Of a DNA stretch of 64,000 nucleotides, positions 1 to 14,112 are shown one piece after another; position 1 is the first letter of the stretch, and each line of letters starts with the position of its first letter. The notes under the pieces are model-generated. The model ran no database searches, was not told where the DNA came from, and saw only the letters and a program-made list of their open reading frames with translations. Both the position numbers and the translations under genes were made by a program. The stretch is from Eledone cirrhosa (lineage: Eukaryota), in NCBI GenBank assembly GCA_964016885.1, contig OZ024743.1, positions 159,216,001-159,280,000 of the forward strand. The letters run 5' to 3'.

Positions 1-1620
1 CCCATCTTTTCTTTGTTGATGACCTGAAGTTGTATGGGCCAAATATCAATGACATCAAGAAACAATTGGACCTCATTACACAATTTTCAACAGACATCAA
101 AATCAAATTTGGTGAGTCCAAGTGTGCATATTTGGCAGTAAAACGTGGAAGAGCTGTGCCCTCCTCTAGAAATCTAGAGATGAACGGCCTGACAATACAA
201 CCTCTACAATCAGGTGACAACTACAGATATCTTGGACAGGATGAGAATGTCAGATATGATGGACCCATAAATAAGGAGAGAACCAGAACCTAATACCTCA
301 GAAGAGTAAAGAAAATATGGTCATCAGAACTGTTAGTGTACAACAAGTACGCTGACAGCCACAATACTTATGCGGTGCCAATTCTAAAACCAACATTTTC
401 CTGCTGAACTGGTCATTGCAAGAACTAAGTGAGATGGATGTTAGAACTCGCAAACTTCTCAGTGTAACTGGGAACTTTAACATCAACGGTGATGTGGATA
501 TGCTATACTTCTCACGCAAGGAAGGTGGCCGGGATCTAAAATCCATATTAATATCATATGAGACCCGGATAGTAACACTGAAGCAACATCTTCAACAGAG
601 GAAAAAGGTTGGCAACCATCTTGCCCTGGTTTATGAGCATGAAAAAAGAAATATCATTAGAATAGCGACTGATCTGGAGGAGAGATATGGAATAAAGCCT
701 GATATAAATCTCTCACCCAGAGAAATCGGAAGATCCTATACAATGTTCAAACAAGATGAAAAAATTGACCAATTTACAGAAAAAGTGGCACATGGATACT
801 TGAGACGTAAAACACAGACCATAGAGGGGATAAACCACTCAAAAAGCATGGCATGGAGTTCCGACAAGTTTATGACACCACACCTTGAGGGATATTATTA
901 TTATGCAATACAAGAACAAGAACTCCCTACCAAATATCTGCTGTACAAAGAGGAGGGCCATCAGCTGAAAATAAATGTAGGTTATGTAAAACAAAGATCG
1001 AACATGTAAGCCACATTGTTACCAGCTGCGAAAGAATGTCATCACGCTACTACCTCCCCATGAGACACGATGGGATAGCTAGAACCATCTGGAACGCACT
1101 TCGGAAAACAAAATTAACAGCAAACGAGGAGGAATATATTGAGACAGATTGCACTAAGGAATACCGGTGGAACCTGAAAATAAAAACTGCCACCAAATTA
1201 AAGCACAACCGGCCTGATACTGTTGTTTGGGACCTCACACTGAAAACGTGTTCTGTTGTGGAGATCAGCTGCCCACTTGATATAAACGTTGTCAGAAAAA
1301 TACAGGAGAAGAAGGACATCTACGGACCATTGGTGAGGCGTTTAAAAATCCAGTATCCAATATACACCTTTAGCTTCATACCCATCATTATTGGAGCTAC
1401 GGGTTATATACCAACCCGCTTGGACCAATGTATAACTGAACTTGAATTTTCGGACAAAGATCTCAGCTCCTTAATTCATAGTCTACAAATGGCTGCGATA
1501 GCTGGCACCTTCAAAATTTGCTAAACATTATTGCGATTCAAGGATGACAATTTCTTTTCTTTTACAACCTTGCCACCAGGAAGGTGGCCGGTCAAAAATA
1601 TACTCGAAATTAAGAGAAAG
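1..1620 (+). mobile_element. R4/Dong-like non-LTR retrotransposon, 3' portion (RT end, CCHC knuckle, restriction-like endonuclease), frameshifted
   Basis: Frame of ORF 30..293 reads HLFFVDDLKLY from base 3 (RT xxDD motif), then FGESKC and YRYLG. ORF 416 has LYFSRKEGGR and AIQEQ. KCRLC-x8-H-x4-C at ~973-1029 runs in frame into ORF 1036 with RHD, RPD..VEISCP..KKDIY (PD-(D/E)xK type). Stops and frameshifts are present. Confidence 0.9.
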
Positions 1621-2120
1621 AGATAAACATACATACATACGTTGTATAATTCTAAATCTCCTGACATAATGTACGTTAATTCTAACATAAACGAATTTCA
1701 AACAATGAGATATAGTATCATCATGCTTTAAGTATATCATTAATCATATCGTTTGAAGAAAGTTTGTTTTATCTTAAACACATGAGCATAGAACAGCAGT
1801 TTTATTTCAATTGTGTTTCTTTTTGTTGTAGACAGAAGCACACTTTTGTAAAACTAATTTGTGACAGCGTGAAATGCGATTATCTTAAAGGCACTATATA
1901 TTTACTGTGTTCAAATGTAAATAAGGAGTTCCTTGCATTCTGGTTGTTAACTTTCAATTTTAGAAACTAGTTATTACACCTCTTAATATAATGAATCAGC
2001 ATTTAAATGATGACAAAACACAATTTATATGAACCGAAAATTACACAGCAGGATAAATGATACTTTTACTTAAGCAGGCGTTTAACAGATGAAGAAATTA
2101 GATTTTATTATGGTCAAGAT

Positions 2121-2310
2121 GTTGTTGTTTAGCCCCAGTGCAACTGTGACTGAGCAGACATCAACTAAAAACGTCACCGGCACAACGTGTCGGGGATTGC
2201 ATTACTGAACATGTATTTCTCTTAAAAAGACTATATTATGTGAGTTGAGAGTATTTTGTTGTTAATTCTAATAAATGGAGCAACAGCATAGAGCTTCCCT
2301 TATTGTCTCG
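2121..2310 (+). repeat. Dispersed non-coding repeat family (starts gttgttgtttagcccc); related decayed copies at ~10585-10787(-), ~16835-17010(+), ~18490-18672(-)
   Basis: Shared terminus gttgttgtttag / ctaaacaacaac and shared internal segments seen by eye in four loci. Confidence 0.6.
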
Positions 2311-3319
2311 TATTGTATTCAAGAGGTCCCGATAGGGCATTAAGGGACGTAAATTTTGTTTCTGAAAAGTTAATTCCTAATTTAGGTATAATGAAATATG
2401 TTATTGTGAAAGTAAAAGGTAATTATTTGATGCTCAGTTTAGTATAGCATTAATGGTAGCAAACAATGAAGTGAATTCGCTTTAGAGAATTCAATAACCG
2501 ACTGCAAAATTGGCTTAGTAGCAGCTTACAATCTTTCATTGGTGTTCCCTCATTCGATTTAAAATATCATTAATTCTAAAGTACCAGAAACTACATTATC
2601 ATTTTAAAGGAATTAAGAAAAGAATCTCTTAACACCACTCACTGATAGAAGGTGTAGAAATATTCAACGTAATGTCAAAACCGATCTATGAAGTGATAAT
2701 GTCTTATAAAAGATTATTTTATTTGCTCTGGTGAAAAGTTAATCAGCTAAATGTTTGCTTTACCCATCACTCTATTTTCCTCGTGACATGTAACTGACGA
2801 ACTCGTGAACCGACATCCTTTCTTTCTCGCTCACTCTGATAATCTAGCAAAATTTCTACCTCAGCAATCTCACGCTATCTTAAAAATATTGGTTTTCTTC
2901 TAAAGTAAAATGTTCTTTTTAGCTTCTTTTGTGGCAATGTGTCGTGATCGATTAATTCATTTCAGTTTCAGTATGTTTCATGTACTGTTTTTATCGACGG
3001 AATACGGATATAAAGTTACTGTTGATCAGGATGATATTTAAAAGGATGAAATTATAATATTTTTTTTAAATGTTCGACTTTGTTATTTTTGCTTGATCGC
3101 ATGTTCCAAATGCTTTACAACTGGAATAGCTTAATGCCGACAAAATCAGTGTTAGAAGAAATTTAAGGACAGCATAACAAAGACGGTTATAACATTAAGA
3201 AAACCATGACACTCAACTTGGACTGAAATATTTTGCATATTATCTCCTCACATCACTATCTTCACTTTGTCGCTCTACCATAACTATAACATCCCTTATT
3301 CCCCAGAGCTACTAGATAG

Positions 3320-3495
3320 TTGCATAATCCTCTACTCAAGTGCGTTTACGTTCTGACTTCAAATCCAGGTGAATTTAGCTTTGACGTTCATTTTTACGGG
3401 GGCGATAAAATAAAGCACCAGTAACGCACTAGAATCGATGTAATTGACTTTATCCCTCCCCCATCAAATTGTGCGAAAAGCAGAAAAAATTATTT
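3320..3495 (+). mobile_element. Decayed tRNA-derived SINE copy
   Basis: ttacgttctgacttcaaatcc..ctttgacgttcat..ggcgataaaataaagcaccagta aligns with the copy at 5414. Confidence 0.75.
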
Positions 3496-4774
3496 TACAC
3501 TAGCTACAATCCCTAATCACTCTTCTCTGAATGTCGAATCTGGGATTACCTTCCTGCTTGCAGTTATTGAAATTAAACATAAGATATCACACTCGAGGAA
3601 AATGTGAATGTCATGGCTCCAGTTCATCTCTCCTCTTAACTGAAGCTATTAAAAAATGAACATAGACTATCACAAAAAACAAACAAAAACAGATATATAA
3701 CGAAAAATAAAACAGCTATCATTTTTAGTAAAATCTGATAGTTTATGAATACAGAATATTATGGTGCCAGCCTTTATTCAATGTGCAGTAAAAAAGTTTT
3801 TTGAGCTATTAAATATAGCACAAGCAACTTTAAAAAAAAAAAAGAAGAAAACTGATTTTCTCCAATTTATGTTTTATAGCGTGTATTTAGAGATTCGTTT
3901 TTGCTTGTTTAACTACAATTTTTTATGGGTATGCTGAGGCATCGCCATTTTTATATTTTCCTTGGTTAGTGATCGATGGACTACGGAGTTTGACACTGCA
4001 ACTTTCATAGGAACATAAGAATAAAAGTCAGTTGTTGGAGTAAAAATGATATTTAAAACACGGTACATAAGATATTACACTTTAAATTTAATGAAATAGT
4101 ATGTTATATACATTTCTCCGTGTTAGTTAACGTTATTCTACATTCCAGACTTCACTTAACATCCCGGAATAGAAACCACATTAAAAGGAATGCTTGTTGC
4201 AATGGACTAGCATCCAATCCAAAGACAATTTCATGTATGTATGTCTTATTTATCTTATATGATAATTCTATTCGTATCTACGACGCACCATTGGGATCGC
4301 AACAAGTATTCGATAAGGTTTGCATTAAGAATGCAATTAAACATTAGATATTTTGTTCAACATGCTCTAACATGAATTTGTTATTCATGTTTACTGTCGT
4401 CTCAACTGTATATGGACAAGCTGACTGTGGTTCCAGTACACTCACCTGGCATTAAGCTGTATCAGTAATTCAGCCTTGTCACACATCATGGTATATCAGA
4501 AAATATTCGTTATCAATTATAACTTTATAAATTTACAGCCCTAACATCAACATACGCCAGTGTGTGTGTGTGTGTCTCGGAGGTGGGGTGCGTATGTGTG
4601 TATGTATATATGTGCATAAGTGAACATGATTTGACATTTATAGAACACAGTGTTTACGTAAAGGTTAGCGGTTCATATATCCATGTTGTTGAATTTATAT
4701 ATTGAAAACGGATATGTACTTACTTATGTATGTCCGTGTGTATGTATGTATGTATGTATTATGTATGTCAAGTC

Positions 4775-5410
4775 CCCGTCAAGCGCTACTGGTAACAACG
4801 TCTTGCATGGTCAGGTGGTAGACGAGTAAACCGGCATCCCCACTAAGCTTGTTTGGTGAGGAGGGTATTTGACGACATGCTGCGTGGTGAAAGAAGAAAC
4901 CTGTGAAAGGGTAGAGGAACTCAAAAGTCCATCCAATAAAATAAGTACATATGTATATATTTAAGGACAAGGAGCGGACCATGGGAATGTGTAATAGCAA
5001 CAGTTTGTTTCACATACAAATGTACCAGAAGGTGGATCTATGCATAGCAAACATTCTGTTTCAACAGAAAGAAAAATACAAAGCAACCTGGACACATCCA
5101 GGTTAAAAAATGTAGTACATGATGTGTGCAGTGTCCGGATTATGCGGGGAGACGAATGTTGAACTTATCATCGTATGGTTCATGCAAAGGTGAGTATTGC
5201 TGTGAAAGCGAAGGTGGGTTTTGTGGGACAACTATACCAAAGAAAGTAGATGTGGCTCGTCTAAAGGTTGATGACATTGCGGAAGAGCTGGTGAAGAGAA
5301 TGGATGACATTCAATGTGACGTACATCTGTGTATGTAGTCAGTAGGGACGTTCAGTGTTTAGAGGAAAGAAAACATCAAGACTGTTTTGATGAAAATAAC
5401 GAAGTTCCTA
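4775..5410 (+). mobile_element. Decayed LINE 5' region (RTE-like UTR and AP-endonuclease start)
   Basis: GC-richer segment. DDIAEELVKRMDDI resembles an APE N-terminus. Interrupted by a SINE. Confidence 0.4.
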
Positions 5411-5413
5411 TAT

Positions 5414-5592
5414 TGGCAGTATCGGTAGAGGGTCGGACGCCATGCTATCCAGCTGAGTTATGTCCCTTTACGATCTGAGTTCAAATCCCGCCGAGGTTGA
5501 CTTTGCCTTTCATCCTTACGGGGTCGATAAAATAAAGTACCAGTAATGCACTGGGTAATTGCTGGCCTTGTGCCTAAAGTAGAAACAATTAT
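5414..5592 (+). mobile_element. tRNA-derived SINE, near full length (Octopus OR-like family)
   Basis: Pol III A-box-like tggcagtatcggt and B-box gagttcaaatc, body gactttgcctttcatcc..ggggtcgataaaataaagtacc, tail gtagaaacaattat. Many homologous copies in the window. Confidence 0.88.
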
Positions 5593-6089
5593 ATGAAAAT
5601 AACACAATACTAAGCTCTCTGACCCCATTGTAGTTGGAAATAATATTTTAAAAGGGCACATTCCAGTGCTGTTACGTGTGTGTATCTAGGCAGTAAAATA
5701 AAATGACCAAGGTTATGAAACCTCCTTCTGAATCAGAAGGCAAATGATAAACTTAGAAAGCTGGATGGAAGTCGCTGCATGGCATTTCCATTGAGACAAT
5801 GTTGAAAATGTATAATGCCTGTCTTCTGTCTTTTTTGCTCCATGCTTGTGAGTCTATGGTCACTTACAGGTGGCATCACAAATGGTTGGAGCACTTTTAC
5901 CAACAGTGTCTGCGACATATACAGTGGACATCCACTGAAATATATACGTGAGTGAAGTTACACAGTCACTCAACCAGTATAAAGTCTCTCATATTTCAGC
6001 ATCGATTACGATGGAGTGGTCATGTAGTGAGAATGGTTGATGATCACATCCTTAAGGAGTTCCTGTTCAGTGAGCTAGTTTACGTTAAA

Positions 6090-6575
6090 TGACCAGCACA
6101 CAAACCGAAATTGAAGTAGAAGGATTGCAGTAATAACACATTGGGGAAGATGAAAATATCGAAGAATAGATTGGAGAACATCGCACTAGGTCACCTTCCC
6201 TGAAGGAAGACAGGAGAGAATTTGAAAGAAACCGTGATGAGTATGAACCGTTCAAGCGGTGTGCTCGTAAGGGCCTTAAGGACAGTTTGCCTGAGAATCC
6301 TTGCATGTAGGTCGATTTAACTTGAAAAGAACGTGGCCTTAGAATGTACGACATTGCTGATTGTAGTGACTGTGGAAAAGGAAGTGCCTCTAGTAGTAGA
6401 CTGAAACCTCATATGAAAGTACACCAAAGCAGCACTGTAACGCCTACAACGAGAGGTCCCCATCATTGCCGCATTTACGCAAATGTGTGTGGGTTCCTAG
6501 CGCGCCTAAAAGGCCACATCCATGCTGCTCATACCTAAGCGTGTCAAGTGATGGAATGGCTAGAAATCCATTTGC
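6090..6575 (+). mobile_element. RTE-clade LINE 3' remnant with two C2H2 finger relics
   Basis: ORF 6344 CSDCGKG..LKPHMKVH and CRIY..LKGHIHAAH. C-terminal C2H2 fingers are typical of invertebrate RTE ORFs. Confidence 0.6.
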
Positions 6576-6948
6576 AGCCATCATGTATTTATGTAAGTAT
6601 ATTCCTCTGGTTTTATAATTTCACAAATTTTTACCAATAGAGAGAGAGCCGGTTTCTAACATAGATACAAGACTCTCTCATTGGAATTTATACATCAACT
6701 AGGTAGATATGAATGCATGTTTGCATGCATGCATGTGTGTGCAGGCATGGATGTTATTGCATGTGTGGATGTGTATGTCTTGAGTTGTATGTGTGCATGT
6801 GCATATGCTTCGTATCTGTACAAGTGTATATGCCGTTATTAGGTGCAGAATCTTTTGAATATTTTACATATTTTTACTGTTCCATTAATGGATTGTACTT
6901 GTAATTGCCTAACTAGCAGTGTTCTTTCTATTTTTTGTGAAATAGATC

Positions 6949-7021
6949 CATATATATATACATATATATATATATGGATCTACATGTTTTTATATACCCA
7001 TATCTCTCTCTCTTTCTCTCT

Positions 7022-7111
<90 letters not shown>

Positions 7112-7145
7112 CTGTGTGTGGATGTGTGTGTGGATGTGTGTGTGG
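6949..7145. repeat. Compound (TA)n/(TC)n/(TG)n microsatellite
   Basis: Seen directly. Confidence 0.95.
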
Positions 7146-8641
7146 ATCGGTATGTGTTTGTACATATATTATATCGTTTTATTTATACTTGTGTTATTTT
7201 TGCCTTCATGTATTCATATTCATTTATATTTGTATACATGCACGTACAAACAATCACACGCACACAAACATACATATACACATATAAACGATTATATATT
7301 AGTTTTGCATTGTAAATATGTGTAGACTTTGCGTATATCTATTTGAATATATGTTTCTCTGGCCATTGATTATTTCACGGATTGTAGGTTTTAGTGAAAA
7401 ACTAATACGCTATAAATTTAAATTCAAATTATGAAGTCTTCCGTCGATATACCCTAATAAACATTAACGGCTATTTCACACAGAAACTTATCTGAAGCAA
7501 ATGCTCGTAAATAATTTTTTATTTTGTATGCTAGATGGCTTATCTTAATAATAGCCTATTGCTGAATAAATTATATTTGGATATATGTTCGTTGTTATTT
7601 TCATACTTAACACTGGATATTATGTTAAAGCCATTACAACTCTCACTAAAATTTTATGATAATCATCGTATCAAGTTTACCTCTAGCATTGTTTCTTAAC
7701 TCAGAAACTATATCCTTTAACGTTGCTTTCTTTTATCTGCAAGTGTTGAAATACAACGATATAGTCTAAAATCAATAAATTGTTGATGGTATTTCAGTGT
7801 TCACCCCAAATTACACTGATAAATTTCAGGACATAATGACTGATCTCCAAACTTCCCACGAAATATGGACATATGCAACAACTGGAGACTTTAGATGTTT
7901 TTATTATTGAAAGGTGGAAAGAGCGGCAGATTTAGTAAAACATCAGTCAAACGTCGTACAATATCTAGTTTCACATTTTATTGAATTCTTTCGATATCGG
8001 TAAAATAAGCGTCAGTCAAGAACCTGAGCCGTCATAATATGCTAACTACATACTCCCCAACATTGACGATCATTTTAGCACAGTATATTAGAATAATGCT
8101 GAAATGGTCTCCCTTGTATTTCAACTTTAAGCCGAAATTGTATTGAATATAAAATACTTCTTAATATTCAATAATATATACCGGGAAATATAGATTCATG
8201 CAACTTATGTTTATTAAAATAGTGACTTAGTCAAAGGAGAGGGAACGGTATCTATGCCAATTCTGTGGGACCTTCGTGGCATGTGATAGGAAATGTGAAG
8301 TTTACCTCAAATTCTAGACCGGGCGCAAACTCTAGCAACAGATTGGGTTCCGCTAAAAGAATCCAAGGAACTAATATTAAGACAGATTATAAATTAAGTA
8401 TACGTCTGGAAACTGAATATTTATTATCATGTTTTACATTGGTTGTTTCTGTTGTTTCCGTTACTGCTGCTGCTGTTGTTGTTTTATGTCTAAATATTTC
8501 AATCATTACCAAATTGCTTCAACGTAGCAATTAGATGATTTATACAAAACATATTTTCCAGCATGTCACTAGCTTATATTCTTAAATGTACTCAATCTTT
8601 CGGAACCAAGTACTTCAAAGCTGATCACCGCATTACATTTT

Positions 8642-8684
<43 letters not shown>

Positions 8685-8940
8685 CTCTTCATTCATTGTT
8701 TATATGGTATTTGATTTATAGTGTGTTGCTGTCGACAAATCATTGATATCACTATCGTTGTCATCAACGCCATTGACTACAGTTTCACCCTCCTCCTCAC
8801 AAACACATATCGTTTTCTTTACATTTCATTATACGAATAGGTACCCCTTAAAAACACCAAACATACATACAAATGAAATCTTAACACACCAATAAAGCAG
8901 ACGTGATCAAAGGTACATACACAGACACGTATTTACATAC

Positions 8941-10130
<1,190 letters not shown>

Positions 10131-11777
10131 AACAAAAACATCTCTATAGTGTTATTGAACTATTGGATGGACATTTCTAAATCAAACATAGTAAGAGCTC
10201 TTTGTAAAATGTTTCCTGTTTTGGTCTCTTCAAAATTTAGAGTTTATAACGTTGTTTGATGTACACGTCTGCACATAAACACTGCCACTACACACTTGTG
10301 TAGAAACACGCAGCTGCGCTTACATATATATCTAAAGATATATAAATAATGTATATTAGCGCACACTTTGACACGTAGACATGTATGCACCTACACCGTC
10401 TAATACACAATAATACGAATTAACCCCCCCCCCCCAAAAAAAAAAGAGAAAAGAAAAGAAAATGAAATCTGGCGGTGCCCAGTATAGCCTCAGCCTGTCA
10501 GCTGGAATACGTAATAGAATAAATACACGTATATTTTCATATAGATATCAACCTATACGTATACTATTAAGTGCTAACATCATTCGGCCTATCAGAAATA
10601 GCAGAAAAATGTCCCTCAAATCTTACACTACCATCATTAAAACAGGAAATACAATGGATAACATATTACGTGATAAAATATACGAATATTGTATATCGGA
10701 CTAAATTGAAATTATGGTATGTTCCTGACTGAAATATCTTTATCAGTATTTAGCCCAATTAGAGATGACCTATGACTAAACAACAACATTAGAGTTTCTC
10801 AATCATGCAAAAAACATTTTAACAGGAAAATACTTATAAACTATAGTTACTCTTACATTAACTTGATCTTCAATTGTCTAATATACAACGTAAAGTGTAA
10901 TAACTTTAATGGTATTGCCAATCCATCGCGCCCACTAGTATTTCTACGAACAATCGTTTTTACTTTTGGCACAAATTCAGTAATTTTGAAAAGGAGGGAA
11001 GTCGATTATATCAGCATGAAATGTTTTCTCTAGGTTGTCTTTGCTAAAAATATCATATATGAAAAACAAACAACAGCAATCACTACAAAAATGTATAATT
11101 CTATTCAGAATTCGAGTTTAAATATCTTTGTACAGTTATCGAAAGGTTCACGTTGTCATACACGTTTCGAGTAAGTTCTGTTCTATCTTGCGTTGAAGCT
11201 TCCATTCTTCTAACACATCATTATCATAAAGTCTATGATTGATTTTATGAAGATGAAAATAGGTCAAGAATTGTGACTAAGTTTTGTTCGCTTTTCTTGC
11301 CAGATATTTGTCGCTTTCGTTAGTTGTTGGTGGGGTTGTTTTTATAACGTGTCATTTTATTTGCTATTTTTTTTTAGCTGTTTCTATGCTATGTTTACTG
11401 AAAATATTTTCTTCCTCCATTGTATAAAAAATAATCTCAAGAAGTATAGCCTGAGCATTATTTCTGAGAAGCACCCCTATGTGGGAACAGCCTAGTTATC
11501 AATTGCTAAAAAAAATAGTATTCACTAAGAATGCTCTTACCTACTGGCCTGGTGAGAAGTAATTTCGTAGAATGTAGTAAAATATTATATTACCACATAT
11601 ACAATCAGCATAAATGCATCCACGTACAAACACTCACATTTAAACATTCACAACTCCAGACAAATTAGTGACGTACATATATATATATTCCATGTTAAGG
11701 TATCAATACATATTTAATATGTATGATTATCATGTTTCTCAATAAACAAGAGCAATGCACTTTGGTTAAGAACATCA

Positions 11778-12012
11778 ATAATTCAAGTGAAAAGATATAC
11801 TGCATATATAGAGAAAGTGTCATATATAATTTGTGAATCCACATTGTAAACATATTCAAAGCAAATAATATTCAGGAAAATACATGCATTTTTCCAACTT
11901 AAAGTACGTGTATATTCCTGAATATTATTTGCTTTGTATATGTCTATAAAATACTGTGTGACTCTCGAACGATATATGACTCTTTCTCTCTCTGCATATA
12001 GATTTTAACTTG

Positions 12013-12018
<6 letters not shown>
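11778..12018. repeat. ~240 bp imperfect palindrome (fold-back/MITE-like)
   Basis: ataattcaagt..gtcatatat and caaagcaaataatattcaggaa on the left match reverse complements ttcctgaatattatttgctttg and atatatgac..acttgaattat on the right. Confidence 0.85.
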
Positions 12019-12062
<44 letters not shown>

Positions 12063-12318
12063 TTTTTTAATTTGATTTGCAAAACTTCTTATCTGAAAAC
12101 GTGTGTTGAAACAGATATTGTTATAATTTGGGAGGGTCAAGCTGCCAATAAAAACATACCCATCTTATGGTTTTCACTTCAATTTATTATAAATTTCCGC
12201 TTGGCTGCTTAGTTCGATAACCGGATGGTTGTTTATATATTGTCATAATAGAATTAGGTATTCCCATAAAAACCCTAATTATTAAAACATTTCAAAGAAC
12301 CCCCTGCAATGATAGGAA

Positions 12319-12660
12319 ATGCATAGTCTGCAAAGCCTGCAAACTAACTGCAAACCTCGAAACGTAGTATATAGCATAATATGTAGTGAGTGGCAGTGTA
12401 GGAATAAGAACATAACATACATAGGCGAAACAGACCGTAGCATAGGAGTAAGGATAAGTGAACACCAAGATGGGAAAAATTCATTAGTACTCCACCAACA
12501 TGCCAAAATGGAACATAGGTGCACACTGGAGAACATAGAAATAAAAATGATATCCACAGACAGAAAAGACCCAATGCACCGAAGAATCACAGAGGTGACA
12601 AACATACACGAAATTCAACCAAAATTAAACAGAAAACATGAGTGGAATCATCACAACTAG
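12319..12660 (+). pseudogene. PLE GIY-YIG endonuclease domain fragment
   Basis: NVVYSIICS..C..YIGETDRSIGVRISEH..HQH..RRITE..PKLNR. An upstream frameshifted Cys linker PCNDRKCIVC is Neptune-like. No RT is present. Confidence 0.88.
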
Positions 12661-12889
12661 AAATTAAGGACAAAATGAAGACATACAGACACGCACAAAA
12701 AAAAACTAATACAACAAATCAAACACACACATATAGAACAAACAACCAACCAGTGACAAGTAAATAAACGCATAAATAAATAAATAAACAAACATACTGG
12801 GATGTAACCTATGCGCAAACCAAGCACACAACACACTAAAATAAGATGGTGTAGGACAGAACAAAGGAGAGATACAAAATAAAACTCCA

Positions 12890-12932
12890 GTTACTGAGGA
12901 GGTCACAGAATGTGTGACGAAAGAGCTTTGAC
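12890..12932 (+). ncRNA. Type I hammerhead ribozyme motif in PLE pLTR
   Basis: gtta CTGAGGA g gtcaca-gaatg-tgtgac GAAA gagc TT tgac. Stem I gtta/tgac, 6-bp stem II with one extra g, minimal stem III. Confidence 0.75.
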
Positions 12933-13609
12933 AATATATCAACAACCATCCGTTTATCGAACCCTACAACCACCCGGAAATTTATAATAAATTGAAGTGA
13001 AAACCAACAGGTGCGTGTGTTTTTTATTGGCAGCATGACCCTCCCAAAGTATAACAATATATATATTTTGTTTTATTTATTTTGTAAGATTTCTCATCTC
13101 AAAATGCTTGTTGAAACTGATATTGTTATACCTTGGGAGAGTCATGTTACCAATAAACATACACGCAATTTAAATATAAGCTTCCAGTTGGTTAGTTTAA
13201 TAAGCGGGTGGTTGTTTATGTATGCATTGTGAAATCTTTTTTGCATACATTCTCGTCAGTGACTAATGTGTTATTTTCTGTCTCTCCTTTGTTCTGTCCT
13301 ACACCATCTTATTTTTACGAAAAGAAGTTTATAATAAATTGAAGTGAAATGCAACATGTACGTGTAACTTTCTTGGCAGCATGATCTCCCCCAAAATGAA
13401 ACAATATATATATATACATAAATATAAGTATGTATACATTCGTACAGTAGTATGTATAGACATACATACATGCACATATATATATGTACGTATGGGTTTA
13501 CCGAACATTTATTAAAATGCTTGGTTTGTTTGTAAACAAACAGCCCGAATTATTAGCCGTACAGTGTTCGGCAACCATCGTTGCCCTTTTGTTCAATGCT
13601 GACTAAGGA

Positions 13610-13652
13610 ACGACGGACTAGTTTCTAGCTTATTAGCTGTCATCAGCACCGT
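13610..13652 (-). ncRNA. Minimal type I hammerhead ribozyme, intact core
   Basis: Minus strand: acggtg CTGATGA cagct-aata-agcta GAAA ctag TC cgtcgt. 6-bp stem I with GU pairs, stem II agct/agct, palindromic stem III A-ctag-T, GUC site. Confidence 0.88.
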
Positions 13653-13838
13653 ATACCTTCCTGTCAGATGATTGAACGTTTGAAAGTATATACTTTCCCT
13701 ATGCATATTAACGGCTAAGCAGCCTAATTTGCATTTCGAGTGAGTTAGTCGGCCGGTCGTACCGAAAACGATAAATGGAAAAATGAAATTTCCTTTCTCA
13801 CTCTTAGTACGACCGATACTTAAATATAACTATGTATA

Positions 13839-13900
<62 letters not shown>

Positions 13901-14073
13901 CGTACAGTAGTATGTATATAAATACATACATGCACACACATATATATGTACGTATGGGTTTAGCGAACATTTATTATAATGCTCGGTTTGTTTGTAAACA
14001 AACAGCCCGAATTATTAGCCGTACAATGTTCGGCAACCATCGTTGCCCTTTTGTTAAACACTGACAAAGGAAC

Positions 14074-14112
14074 GATGAACTAGTTTCTAGCTTATTAGCT
14101 GTCGTCAGCATA
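14074..14112 (-). ncRNA. Minimal type I hammerhead ribozyme, second unit
   Basis: Minus strand: atg CTGACGA cagctaataagcta GAAA ctag TT cat. Confidence 0.82.

Larger units (their letters stand above)
12061..13404 (+). mobile_element. 5'-truncated Penelope-like element (Neptune-like) with inverted and rearranged pseudo-LTRs, flanked by (TA)n
   Basis: GIY-YIG ORF followed by an HHR. 12110-12245 is the reverse complement of ~12929-13060. 13070-13315 is a further inverted copy and 13330-13400 a direct copy. Confidence 0.88.

Noticed and set aside
2790-2820. CTGANGA heptamers here and near 18646(-), 19116, 22974, 25138, 56074, 60328 and 62625
   Set aside because: No compatible GAAA, UH and stem pairing; chance matches or parts of other repeats.
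5414-5495. tRNA gene
   Set aside because: A/B boxes belong to the SINE head; no cloverleaf, and it continues into the SINE body.
6344-6538. Host C2H2 zinc-finger gene
   Set aside because: Fingers are degenerate, lack TGEKP linkers and follow RTE-like sequence.
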